Shown here: in pieces, positions 49,900-62,808 of the stretch | Position numbering within the stretch: the first letter of the stretch is position 1 | Layout of the letters: every line of letters begins with the position of its first letter | Source: Mytilus trossulus | Lineage: Eukaryota | Direction: 5' to 3' | Assembly: GCF_036588685.1 (NCBI RefSeq) | Contig: NC_086376.1 | Span: 26,412,001 to 26,476,000 of the forward strand | Length of the DNA stretch: 64,000 bases | The notes under the pieces: generated by a model | The model's input: only the letters and a program-made list of their open reading frames with translations | Database searches by the model: none | What the model was told of the DNA's origin: nothing | Position numbers and translations under genes: made by a program

Positions 49900-51439
49900 T
49901 GTAAAAGGTGATTTCTGGACAGTCAAATAATAACAAGTCCAATTCATCTTAGTCTAGGGTTCTTTATTCAACAATGATGTAATCATATAATTATTACAAA
50001 CCCTACAAAATATAACAAGATACATATTAAACACATTAATCTAAAACTACTATATTATACTGTGTTACAGTTATTATACCATTACTGCAGATCAACATAA
50101 AATCAGAACATTGAATGTTTATAGTTCTTATACAATATCAATACACAAGGTGACATGACATGCCTGATGATAATTAACACTTGCAAATATTCACTCATCG
50201 TTCATATACAATCATCAGCTTTGACAATTAAACATACTACTATAATGTCAAGATCATATAACACTATTTCAATTAACTAAATAGATATATGTAAATCCAT
50301 ATTCTACAAATAACCATAGCATATATATCAACGGTAGATAACTCTATATTATATCAAATGTTCTTCACTGTCTTACATGAACACTATATATTATGCTATT
50401 TCAAGTATACATAAACTCACCAGTCTGTGGAACTGAGTTTAATAACTAACATCGACAGTCTACACAATATTAACAGTAACGATCTTCATACTTCTACAGT
50501 AATGGTAACAGAGGTTCACATCAAATATGGTTCTGTAAACAATGTATGACAATAATAAGTAATCTGACTTTAATATCTTAAAGGCATTATACAATTCATA
50601 ATAAATTATACTAATCTTTATCTTTCATCTCGAATTCACAATTATAAATATAAGTAATCTTATTTCAATACTAAAAACATTAAGTACAAGTACAATTGTA
50701 CTGTTAATTACATCACATTGGATATACCAATGTCATTTCATGACTACAAGACAAAAGGTCAAGGTCATTCATAAAAATAGATTAAATCTCTCTTTCTAAC
50801 ATTTATACTAAAATCTCTCAAATAAATCAGATTCAAACAACACTCAAAGCACACTCTTTCATAGGGCTGGGAAGCTTACCAAAATGAATGTAATAAACAT
50901 TCATTTTAAAGTTATGGATCCAGTTCATCCAAGACACCTCAAAGAGTACAAAATGTAACTTACCATATAAAGTCATGATGTCCTGTTCCAGAATGAATTC
51001 CTTCACTATACTAATCCATAGATCTTATGGAACTACTAATCAAACACAATATAGTCTATGAGCACAAAGTGCATCAAAACATACGAATATATCAGGATCA
51101 CAACAAAGACATCAATCCTCCATTACTGTTTTCAAAACTACCACCAAAACTGGGGGCAAGGCTTAATAAACCAATCAGAATACAAGAAAACCTATACACT
51201 CTAGTGAACAGTGAGTACTGATAGTAAAATCAATAATAGGTAAATGCTACAAGGTAAACAGTTATATTAAATGGATCAATGAATAATCAATAGGCAATCA
51301 ATAGGCAATCAATAGAATAAAGGTAAACTAAGTAAACTACTCTGCAAATGAAAGAATATAATAAATGGTGTCTCAGAATAACCTATTAAACATATAAAAT
51401 ATATAAATGATTAATATGATAAAAATCCACTCTACCACA
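49900..51439 (-). repeat. 5' LTR (1540 bp)
   Basis: Matches 41264-42803 at offset 8636; I saw only one mismatch (50749 A vs 42113 T); followed on the minus strand by the PBS. Confidence 0.97.
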
Positions 51440-51660
51440 TTCAGTGTCAGTTCAAAGCGAGACAATCATGACTAAAATAAGGATAAAGAATGAGCAGTGT
51501 TTTTAATGTGATATTCATACAGTATAGTAATATTATCACAATTATTAACTAATTAGTTTGTTTAGTATTCTAAAGTCTTAAATCTATTCAAATCTTAATA
51601 CTACCGCATTCACTGCAATAAATGCGCAATTGGGCAATTCAAAATGTATCTTCAGTGATT

Positions 51661-51818
51661 ATATAGACAATAAATGTTCAGTGTCTTTAAATATCAGCTG
51701 TATTTGTACGAGGCTAGAAAACAAGGATATGCGAGCTTTTAGCGAGCTACTACAACTGTTTCCAGCTGAGTACAAATACAGGTGATATTTAAAGACACTA
51801 AACAGTTATTGTCTTTAT
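51661..51818. repeat. Long imperfect palindrome (about 60-bp arms); element may extend to about 52338
   Basis: AGACAATAA..GTT.AGTGTCTTTAAATATCA.CTGTATTTGTAC and its reverse complement; TATCCTGCA (51816) / TGCAGGATA (about 52328) inverted pair. Confidence 0.8.
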
Positions 51819-53730
51819 CCTGCAATTAATTCTGTATAGTGTTTTGTGACACAAAAACTAACATATTAAGCATTTATTTTCGATTTTAAATCCCTTGAGG
51901 CCCGCGTAGTAATATCAAAATCACTCATTACGCTGAAGAAGGGTTCGTAAAAAAAGAATCTCAAATGGTCACCAATAATACATCGCTCAAGGTGAATAAT
52001 TATCTATTTTGAATTTTACAACTAATTTCAACAGTTAAAACAAATAACAAAACATTGTCAAATTTGAAACAGAAGTGTACGAGTTGTCCTACGCTTCAGA
52101 CTTGACATTCACTAAATTTGCATGCTGAAATTGACATGGTTAATTTTGTAACACAATCTGAACTGTCATCGTCATTGGAATGCAACTGGAATACTCATTC
52201 TGAGGTCACACAGGTTCAAACAATACTCAATCCGGCAGTGGGCGGAGCTTTAAAGCGATATCTGTATAGTATACAGATATAGCATAGCGATATCTTTAGG
52301 ACGTATCTGTATAGTAGGACAGCCAACTGCAGGATAAATAGGCCAAAATGTGTTAAAGTAAAAATATAATGCAAACGGTGAAGAAGACAAAAAGACCCCC
52401 CCCCAAAAAAAATCCCCCCCCCCTCAATAAAAAAAAAGAAATCAGAGCTATGAACGAGGGATACATACTCATTTATTTCAGTTTTGTTAGATCTAGTCCA
52501 AATCATGAGTCCAATCTTTATGTTCTTCAGTAATATAATAAATTTTGACATTTCTACACTTCTATTCCTAATTCTTAATTAAAAGACCAATTACATCGTC
52601 TCAGTAAACAGTGTCTTTTTTTTTTATTACATAACGGGAAAACGAAGATAAAAAAAACTTTCTTTAGGTAATGTAAAATCTAAATGTAAAAAGAATCGCA
52701 CTGAATCCAAAAACACGTCCATTAAGAAAGATAACACAAATATGCTGGATTTTTTTTAATGCCAAAGATGTTTATCCAGCCGGTATTCCAATGTATACAC
52801 ATATTGACACAGATAGACACCAGCATTTATGAAACACGCGATAGTTTCATGCGATTTCTGGAGTATTTGTTTGTTAACATGAATTGCTACGATGAATGAA
52901 AGAGAATACTGCTGCATAATTTTATTACACCAAATACCCATTATAAAACATCTGTATATTCATGTCAGAACTGTAGTAATGAGCTTTCATGCTTTTGATA
53001 CATTCGTGCGCTAACAGGACACCCAACTGTAAATGTATCGACCTGGATGAAGGGGAAGGGGGTCAGACATAGATGGCGATCGGTGATCGATTCTTTTTTT
53101 TCAAAGATCATTTCTTTTAATAATGTTATCCATTGTTATTTGGAGAATGTTCAAAACAAATATTAGATTCCACGAATGAAGTTCAAGCTGGATGCTTACT
53201 GTCTTTATCGATCGAGCATGAAGCATATACATTAAATTAAGTAATGGTTGGAAAAGATAAGTTGGCTATTACAAATACAGCTTTTCAAGGTTGTATGTGT
53301 TCGTATATACAAGAGTCAAATCTATTTTCAGTCCCAAAAGTGTGTCATTTCCTCAAATCAATGCCCTTTTCGTGGAGTTATGAAATTCATATATGTGATA
53401 TCACCTCAAGTCTCTGTCTGTTTGACCATTTAGTCATCTAAAGCCGAATTTGATTATTCGATGAAGATTGAAAAGGTATACGAAGGGTACTAAATCTCAA
53501 GAAAAATAGTGTATGAAGACTTTTTTTTGTTCTGTCATACGAATTTAAGTGCAGTGTTTTGTAGGTTTGTGTTTCACCATCATTGTTGTTTTTCCTTTAA
53601 AAGATATGTTTGTATTGTCTTTTACGTTTGTCTTTCACGTTTTGTTTTACTTCGTTTACCAAACAAAGACCTACTTATATTTTTATAATGTCTTATAGTT
53701 TTATACGCTTTGACAGAGCGACGTCTGTCT

Positions 53731-54073
53731 CACCACTGGGTCGATGTCACTGCTGGTCGACTTTTCGTCCCCGAGGGTATCACCAGCCTAGTAGTCAGCA
53801 CTGCGGTGTTGAAATGAATATCAATTATATGGTCATTTTTATAAATTTCTTGTTACAAAACTTTGAATTTTTCGAAAACCTTAGGATTTTCTTATTCCAG
53901 GAATACCTTATCAGTATTTGGCACAACTTTTTGGAATTTCGGGGTCCTCATTGCTCTTCTACTTTGTACTTGTTTGTTATTATTATTTTGATCTGAGCGT
54001 CACTGCTGAGTCTTATGTAGACGAATCGTGCATCTGCCGTATTAAATTATAATCCTAGTACCTTTGATAACTA
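53731..54073 (+). mobile_element. Retrozyme monomer with degenerate hammerhead (53997-54040)
   Basis: CACCACTGGGTCGATG...GATAACTA unit; core reads CTGCTGA...GAAT. Confidence 0.85.
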
Positions 54074-57000
54074 TCTAACCATTAACCATAATGAATAATA
54101 TAACAGCCCACCGACTCAATTGGTCAAAACATGACCAAGTAAAACAGTGGGAACTGTTGGTGAAAAGAACTTCGAATTTGAATAGAAAGAACATAGATTT
54201 GTGTTTTCTATGATGCGTATTGAAGTGTTTCGATTCTACTTATGTGAATTTACTTTTGTCTAAAGTAAATATTTTTTTGAATCAATGGTGATGAATTTCA
54301 TTATGTGAATGGCTGTTATTATTGATTGCTTATTGACAGTTTGTTTTGTCTTTGTTGTTTCTATTTGATCTTTTGCAATTCGATACTTTAGAATTTAATT
54401 TATGCATTGCGTATTTAATGCATGTTTCATTACATAGCTACATGAACTCAACTCAAGTATGTAGTCAGTATGACAGTGTATTGAATCTATCTATCTTTCA
54501 GCGGATCAAGTACTTGTATCCTTTGAAATGCATTGTACTTTCTTTGGTATTGTATTGTATTGTTTTACTAGTAACAGTTTTTTGTTGTCTGTAATGTCGA
54601 TATTATTGACAAAAACTTTTTTATTTGTCATTTGATTTTTCCGTTTGATTAGGGACTTTCCGATTTAATTTTCCTCGGAGTTCAGTATTTTTGTCATTTT
54701 ACTTTTTTCATGTTTAAAGGTTTACATAAATTTTTATTGTGCATAAAAAAATGAAAGGAAAGGTAGAACAACTAATACACCACAAACTAACCAATAAAGA
54801 GGTATCGAGTTATAAAATAGTTATCAAAGGAACCAGACCTATAATAAAAGATATGCATATGTTTCACAACCATAGACGTGTACACCTCGAGTCAAGCTAT
54901 AGTAACTCTCCACGATTCTAAACAAGACGTATGAGATATGTAACCAGAGAAAAGTAACGAAGATAAAAATAACCAAAGCGTTATGACTTAATTAACATTA
55001 AACACCTACTTGTGGTGTTCCTAACATTAGACGAGATAGGATCGAACTTGTTTTGGCGTTTATATGTACGTGTGTTTTTGTTCAAATGATAAGAGTTGCC
55101 AGTAAACTACAAAGTATTTACTCAATCTTGGAATCATGTTAAAATCAGAAATTATTTATGGTCAGTATTTTTACCTATGTTATCCTATATAAATTGCAGT
55201 TTTCTGTGTATGTATTTTTCGAAGCTTATTAACTGACAAAATGGTATCCACGATTGTTTATCAACGAAGACAACATGTTAACCCTTATATATCTTTAAAA
55301 TTGTTATATAAACACTAAGTGTACTAAGTGATAAACCAAATCTACTCATATCCCTCATGGTTATTTAATTTATTGACCAAAGCGTTTCGATAAACGTTTA
55401 AGTTATTCCGCTTTGAATAGTATATGATTTTCGATGGGATTTTCAAGTAAGGTAACGAATGTCGTTATATTTTCTCTCAATATTGCAGTGGTATACATAG
55501 TTGCTGTTCGAAAAAAGATTTCTTATAAAGATCTTTAGTTTAAGGGCTTGACAACAACACATTACTTAAGTTTACTTCATGTATCTCGTTTTGTGGATTA
55601 TTCTCCATAACGTCATCAGTTTAGGTAATACTGTTTCCAAATTTCTAAATACTAGTAGTCCATGTTGAGTGATCTCTCAAATGTCCGTCGGATACTGTAA
55701 ATATTTATTTAAAATTCAAATTATTAAGATATACAACAGTATTAACACGATCTTGCACGTCTCTTTTGGTTGTTATAATGTAAGAAGCATTTGAATGAAA
55801 AAAATGATGGAAATAAATTTCAATAAGATAGCGGCCAAAATGACACAAACAATTTTTCAACAATTTTCAGATGTCGACAAAATGTTGCTCAAGAATATTA
55901 CAGTTGTAATCCATTAGTTTAATGTGTTTGGGCTTTTAATTTTGCCATTTGATTATGGACTTTCCATTTTGAATTTTCCTCGGATTTCGGTATTTTTGTT
56001 ACTTTTCGTTTTGCTTCGGTTCTTACTTGAGTTTTCCCATATAAAAACAAACGCTTTGAAATCATAAACTTTTAAAGTGTTGTATTCGTTTTTTTACATT
56101 ACTGGATCGATACCTCTGGTAATGGAGTATCAGTCCCAGATGGTCCGTCTTTCAGTACTGGCATGATTTATAACAAACCGTTTAAAAATTGTCTATTTAT
56201 TTATTTATTTATTTATAAGTTTAAAAACCTCTAGCGATGTCGACGTTTAATGAATTAGGTTATATATTAAGGTCCTATTTTGCTTTGCTTAGCTTTTAAA
56301 TACTCGACTTTTTATTGTTGATGATCAAGGTTAATCAATAAAACACATGCAATTTATGACATGTTGATATCATTTTAATTCCAGAAATTTAGTTCATTGA
56401 ACATAATTGACAACAATATTCATGATATTTAAGGTTTATATATTACTGTATTACTCTCACGAAAGAGAATACATTTAGTTTTTATTTGATGAATACTTGA
56501 TATAAAGATAATGTTCAAACTTTGAAATGCAAAGTTATTCCTGAATGTGTGTTTAAGGCGTGCTTCATTTTTTGGTGACGTGTGTATGTATGTTGTAAGT
56601 CTTTTTTTTTCTATTGTGTATTGTTTCGTTGGAAGTCCTAGTATCTCCTTCTTTTTTGTACGCAGCTGATTAATTCGACTTCATTATAACTGAAGTGGGT
56701 AGTTGTCTCGATGGTTAACGAACAACAACTCCTTATTTTTATTTCAGAATAAAATGAAGGCGTTAAATTTGAAAGATATGATGTAATGATGACATAAGGG
56801 GTAATAATATGTTTTCAGTACCATGCACTTGTTTTTTTTTATTTAAACTTTTAATGTAAAAAGTACCAGACACGGTTAGAAACAATTTTAAGCTAATTAC
56901 TTGGTCTAAACGACAATGGGTTCCATTACAATAAAAATTTGGCAATTAAGTAATTTTCTTTATAGTAGTTTCAAATTTATCTTTTTACAATCTATCTATA

Positions 57001-57789
57001 ATAGATAGTTTGCTGTGTGAACCATATAAAGCCTTTCACCTGTTATGTGATAAGTATTGGAGTTAAAGAGACGTGATATTGATCAGAAAATGCACCGTCT
57101 TAAAAACGAAATTTTGAGATAGGAACATAGCCAAAATATATATTATTGATGTGATGATTTGATATGTTGATCCTTATTTTGTTTGTACAGTATTTTTTCA
57201 ATGATTCACGTAATTCCCCTATGACAGCATGGTTTAAAGGTCCACTTTTTCTTTAAATTATACCACGGTTATATATTGACACTGACTTTATCATATTGTT
57301 CAAAATCGAAAAAGAGTATGACATTGACAATAAGGTCAACGAAGAATTCATAGTCACAACTATTATATACTAGTATGTGAAAATCAAGTCAAGTATGCGA
57401 AAAATATGTTTGCCCGATTTTAAATATGCTTTTTTTCTTTTCTGTAAAATGTTAATCGTATTAAAAAATCAAACAAAAGTATACTCTTGTTACAAAAGTA
57501 ATACCAAAAAGTAAAAAATTCATTAAAACAGTTTTCCTTAAATGAATCAATGACACATTTTAAAACTTTATTTTGATAGATGATGGTTTTGATTTGGAGA
57601 ATATATATTTTTTTTTAATTTTCAAATATAAAAATGTTATAATTGTTACAACCTTATACCCAAAACACATGTAGACGGCATCACATGCAAAAATCAAGAG
57701 AATTTTGAAAAGACCTTTCTGAGGAAATAAATACACGGAAAATGGTACTACCTTGTCAAAATATTTGTGAATGACTAAGGAGCTGAAAT

Positions 57790-58105
57790 AATTTAGTGAG
57801 AGAACACCATCTATATAGCGGAAAGTGAGGTTAAAGGGTATTGATAACTTCTTTTCTTTCTTCCTTGGAAGTTCCTGTATGAAGTCAGCCTCATAAAAAT
57901 ATAGTAACAACTGAAGTCGGCAAGAAGAGGGGTACAATTGGTTCCCATGGGAATGCCGATAGTTCGTTGAATAACATGTCCTCCAAACATTATAAATATG
58001 TTTTCAATCAAGAAGTCAAGCATCTTCATAATCTTGATAATGTCTGTTTAAGAGAATTTTATGTTTGAATCAGAGTGATTTTTTACAAAGGGAGATTTAT
58101 CCCTC
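57790..58105 (-). pseudogene. Penelope-like RT fragment
   Basis: KMLDFLIENIFIMFGG...GIPMGTNCTPLLAD, frameshift, then YEADFIQEL...FRYIDGVLSLN. Confidence 0.85.
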
Positions 58106-59790
58106 AAGAAGACAATAATCTTTGGAATATTTTAGTATCAATGTCTGATTCACGGAACCTCTATTTTCTCAGCCACGTTATAAGTATATTTAAAAATCAC
58201 TTCCATTAACCCAAATAACAAATTTCCATATATAGTCATGATAGTCCGATGATATAATGAGCAGATTAAATCCTCACCTTTTTGATGCAACTGAGTTCTC
58301 CACATGTATTGGAGTGGTTTGTGATACTCAATCTTTAGTTTTCTATCATAAGTTTAGTGAAAAGTATGTATCTTCCATTTAATCCTCTGTTTATAGATTT
58401 AACAATACTCTTGATTTCTATTAGAATCTACTTTTGACTTCCACCATTTTTTGTAATGTCTTACACTTTTATTTAAAACTTATTCAATTTCACTGCTGTG
58501 GGGATAATAAAATAAAATTTCTTGTCATGTTTTAAAATTTAATGCAAAATGGCATCGATTGAGCTGCTTTTTTGTATGTGTATATTTTAGTTTTGATAAG
58601 ATTCATCTGTTTAATCTTTTGTCCACTTTCGCATTATACTATCAATTTCCTTATTTGATTCTTCATTTAACCTAGTCAATATGTATAATATTCTTTTTGG
58701 GTGAAATATATTGTTAGATATATATAAGCCAACAGGCCCATAAAAAAAATATCTTATTATATACCAACCATTAAGTCATAAGTCAAAATATAATGATGTA
58801 CGGGAATGTCCTTAAGTCAACTCACTGAAAAGTGTCTGTTTAGTAAAATAATTATACAAGGTTGAAGAGGTGCATTCACAACAAAAATATAAAGGAGTCA
58901 TATAGCTTTAGATGAAAATACAAATCTTGTCCCTGCCTTTACCATATGTCAAGGGATTAACTTCTGTATATGGTATATGATGTCACATTGATATATGTAT
59001 ATATCACTTATAAATTTTATCTACAAGCATGCAAACAAATATTATAGGTTTAAGACCAAGGGACACACGGATCAATTCATATCCAGCAATATGTAAACTC
59101 TCCTTTTAGAAAAAAAGACCACTATTATGAGCAGACTAGAAAAATCTCGAGAATCGTTCAGCTGTTTAAAAGAAAATAAGCAATGAACGCCTGCAGATCC
59201 TTTGATATATTATCTTTTGCATATAAAAGAAGTATTGTCCCATAAAGATACGTATCATATTCTTCTTTTTACAACTAGTAACTTCTGATTGGGTAGTATA
59301 AATACCCGTTTGAAAGTAACTTATTGATTGTTTATGTAAAAAAAAACACTGGACTATCATAATTCAAGCAAGAAAAATGACTTCTTGAATATTGCAACGA
59401 AGCCCTTTTTCTTTTTTAGGGTGGGGGGGGGGGGGGAGGGGTAGCGATATGTAGTAAAATTAAACCTTTGTCCTCCAGAATTATACCTCTAAATTATTCA
59501 AAGATTACAATGCAGAAAAACTGTAAGTTATCATGCATCATAAACATTTATATCCATCAGGATATTCATATGAATTTATCGATATGAATTAATACCAAAA
59601 ATAACCTTACAACAGTACTGTACTTGATTCGGATAAGTTTCCAATAATAAAGATTCCGTATATATAGTTTTCAAATTTATAATATCGTATCTTAAGCCTC
59701 ATTCCAAAATGGCCCAAAGCAATGTGTTGGAAGCAACATGTATTTGTTTGCTGATAGCATGTTTTGACATTTTTCTAGGATACTATACAC

Positions 59791-60157
59791 ATTTTAATGT
59801 GCGTATTGTTATGCTTTTACTTTTCTACATTGGTTACAGGTATAGGGGGAGGGTTGAGATCTCACAAACATGTTTAACCCCGCCGCATTTTTGCGCCTGT
59901 CCCAAGTCAGGAGCCTCTGGCCTTTGTTAGTCTTGTATTATTTAAATTTTATTTTCTTGTGTACAATTTGGAAATTAGTATGGCGTTCATTATCACTGAA
60001 CTAGTATATATTTGTTTAGGGGCCAGCTGAAGGACGCCTCCGGGTGCGGGAATTTCTCGCTACACTGAAGACCTGTTGGTGACCTTCTGCTATTGTTTTT
60101 TTATTTGGTCGGGTTGCTGTCTCTTTGACACATTCCCCATTTCCATTCTCAATTTTA
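59791..60157 (+). mobile_element. Family C repeat with twister-like motif
   Basis: Reverse complement of 7939-8307 at high identity. Confidence 0.88.
59832..59922 (+). ncRNA. Twister-like ribozyme, P5-permuted
   Basis: Same as 8176-8266 with one P5 mismatch; predicted cut 59875/59876. Confidence 0.73.
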
Positions 60158-62599
60158 CAATATAAAAAGAATGTCACATGCGATTTAGATACTGTTAAAA
60201 ATAATGATAAAAATTAAGACTGGATTTTTTGGTGAAGATAATGTAATAAGAATTGATCTTATAATTATGATGATAATGTAGAACTGCATAATAAATACTA
60301 ACCTACAAGTGTCCAAGAGAAACGCGGCGAAAAGAACGTCTGGTGCTTTCTAAATTCTCAACGATTTATTTTACGAAATTACCAGACATGAAAGATATAT
60401 GAAACCGCTGCTATTTAAAACCCAGCTCCAACAACGATTTAGGAGAAATACCGACATATGCAGATAATACTATTGATTACACAACTACTAACACAACTCT
60501 ATTTTAATATTCTTGAAATTGTAATAAAACACATCTAAAAACATAATCACCAACCTAATCTCGAATTATATCCAAATTTTTGTGGACTGTCCTAAATTAT
60601 TTTAGAAATTTGTTGTTATTCTGTGGTTATCATGTCGAAATGTACAATTATATTATCTTTTTTTTTTTTTTTTTTTTTATCTATTTCTATCGCCTCAGTG
60701 TTCTTGCATTTATTTGTACTGTATTGCTGTCGACCATGTAATGTTGTCATTTTGGTGTTATATTTAACATTGTCATACATGTAAAGCACGAGGTTTTGCT
60801 AGCCACAAAACCAGTTTGAACCCACCAATCTTTTTAAAATATCCTATACAAGTCCAGAATATGACAGTTGTTATCAAATAGTTCGTTTCTATGTATGTTG
60901 CATTGTCGTTTGGTTTTTGTTGCAATTCAGTGTTTCTACTGTTTCGTTGTTTTCCTCTTATAGTTAATGTGTTTACCTTAGTTTAGTTTGTAACCCGGAT
61001 TTGTTTTCGCCTAATCGATTCATGACTACTAAATATCGGTATACTACTGTTACCTTTATTTATATCTGGCAACTAAAGGGATTGTGGTTGATTTTCATAT
61101 GATGAAGACATCTTCTTTAGAAAATTCATATGATGAAGACATCATCTTTAGAAAAGCTTTGTTCTAATTGAGTCCTTGAGCTGGTATGACAGTAACTGCT
61201 AGAGTAGTCCTTTGTTAATTGATGTTCATTATTGTCTTTTTTTTTTATTTGTTCTGTAACCTGATTTAACATCGGAGTCGGACTTTCCAAACTGGGTTTA
61301 AATGGGAGTTTTGCTTGGTTTTTTTTATTCCACATTTGATTTTAGGGGGAAGTTTGAAACTTTCCGTGTTTAACCTTGCAGCATTGTTGTACCATTTCTA
61401 AGTCAGAAACCCATAATCTTTGTTAGTTTGGTGATTGTGTGTATGTGTTTTTTTTTAAATTTTATTTGTTTGTTTCGGAGTTTTGTATGGTATCCTAAAC
61501 AAAATTCAAATCGAAATTGTCAATGTCTGCAATAATAAAAAATAATGGGGAAAATATTACTCTGAGTATATCTAGCAAATGTAGTTAAACTTATGAATTA
61601 AGTGAAACTAGTTATAAAGTAAGTTAAGTAATGGTCTATTTTTGTTATAATGTTTTTGCAATTTAAAAAAATACAGTTTGGGTTATATATATTTTACTTC
61701 TATTGCATTATTAAATTTCTACAGTCACCTTGTCTGAACAGAATAATAAATTAATATACAAATTGGTGACCACTTTGGGCTCATCAAAATCTAGTTAAGC
61801 ACTAACGGAAGTTTTTTGTCATGACGTTTTCAATTGTTTTGTTTGTGTTTCTACTGAATAGAATACATACTACAAATTATTCCTTTTTACTAAGACCCAT
61901 CTGAGATATTTTTAAATTCCTCAGTCACAAAATATGTACATTGTTTTATTGTGCAACTGTTTCAAAAAGCTAGACAAGGTCTTATTAAACAATTATTATC
62001 TGAAATTTGATACAGTCTTCATGAGTGTTAAGTTTAACAAATGACTCTGTGAGCACGTATTTGTAATTTGATACCTCTTTCGTTTATAAGTAAGCATTTT
62101 CTAAATGACATGCATGTATTGTTGAATTTCTACATAAGTGGGAATAAATACAAATTAAAGTAGCATCAATAGTCTACAAAAAGCTTTGGAAACTTGCAAT
62201 TAGAGGCATAAGTACTTTTTCTAAATGCAAATCGCATAAGTTTCTTAGGGGGTACAAATTATTGTAAAAAAAAAGCAAACTATGGGAATCAGAAAAACAC
62301 TAAAAATATAGATACCGGGTAGTAAGTCAACACGCTATTACCAGTTATCTCAATGGATGCTGAATCAAAAACACAACAGAGTGTGTTGTTTTTTTTATAC
62401 TAAATTAAGCTCAGTGATGATTTTTCATGAAAAACAGAAGAAAAAAAACCAATACAAACAAGTGAACAAAAACCATTGACATCTTGAGGTTTACTATGGC
62501 CTTCAACAATTAATACAAATTTCGATACAATATGTCAATTCTATAAATCAAGAGTATATCCATTCCTCCTTAACATATCCTGTAAGTACATTTGCTTAG

Positions 62600-62808
62600 A
62601 CGACTGTCATACAGTGAGAGGTTTAGCGCTATAAAACCAGATTCAATCCACCATTTTCTACATTTAAAAATGCCTGTACAAGTCAGGAATATGACAGTTG
62701 TTGTCCATTCGTTTAATGTGTTTTTTTCTTTTGATTTTGCCATTCAATTAGGGACTTTCCATTTTGAATTTTCATCGGAGTTATGTATTTTTTTTTTTTT
62801 TACTTTTT
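62600..62808 (+). mobile_element. Family D repeat with twister-like motif (62603-62698)
   Basis: P5 ACTGTCATA/TATGACAGT, GAGGT, P3 CATTTT/AAAATG, CCTG/CAGG; other copies near 6750-7005, 13895-13985, 17485-17737, 54625-54708, 55885-56005. Confidence 0.7.

Larger units (their letters stand above)
41264..51439 (-). mobile_element. Full-length Ty3/Gypsy LTR retrotransposon (10,176 bp), recent insertion
   Basis: Two 1540-bp direct repeats with TG...CA ends; 4-bp TSD TTCA at 41260-41263 and 51440-51443; PBS and PPT in place; one uninterrupted ORF with PR-RT-RH-IN domain order. Confidence 0.98.

Noticed and set aside
53610-53996. 128-aa ORF and the other short ORFs of 60-130 aa
   Set aside because: Chance frames through repeats or AT-rich DNA, or antisense to real ORFs; only the RT fragments show motifs
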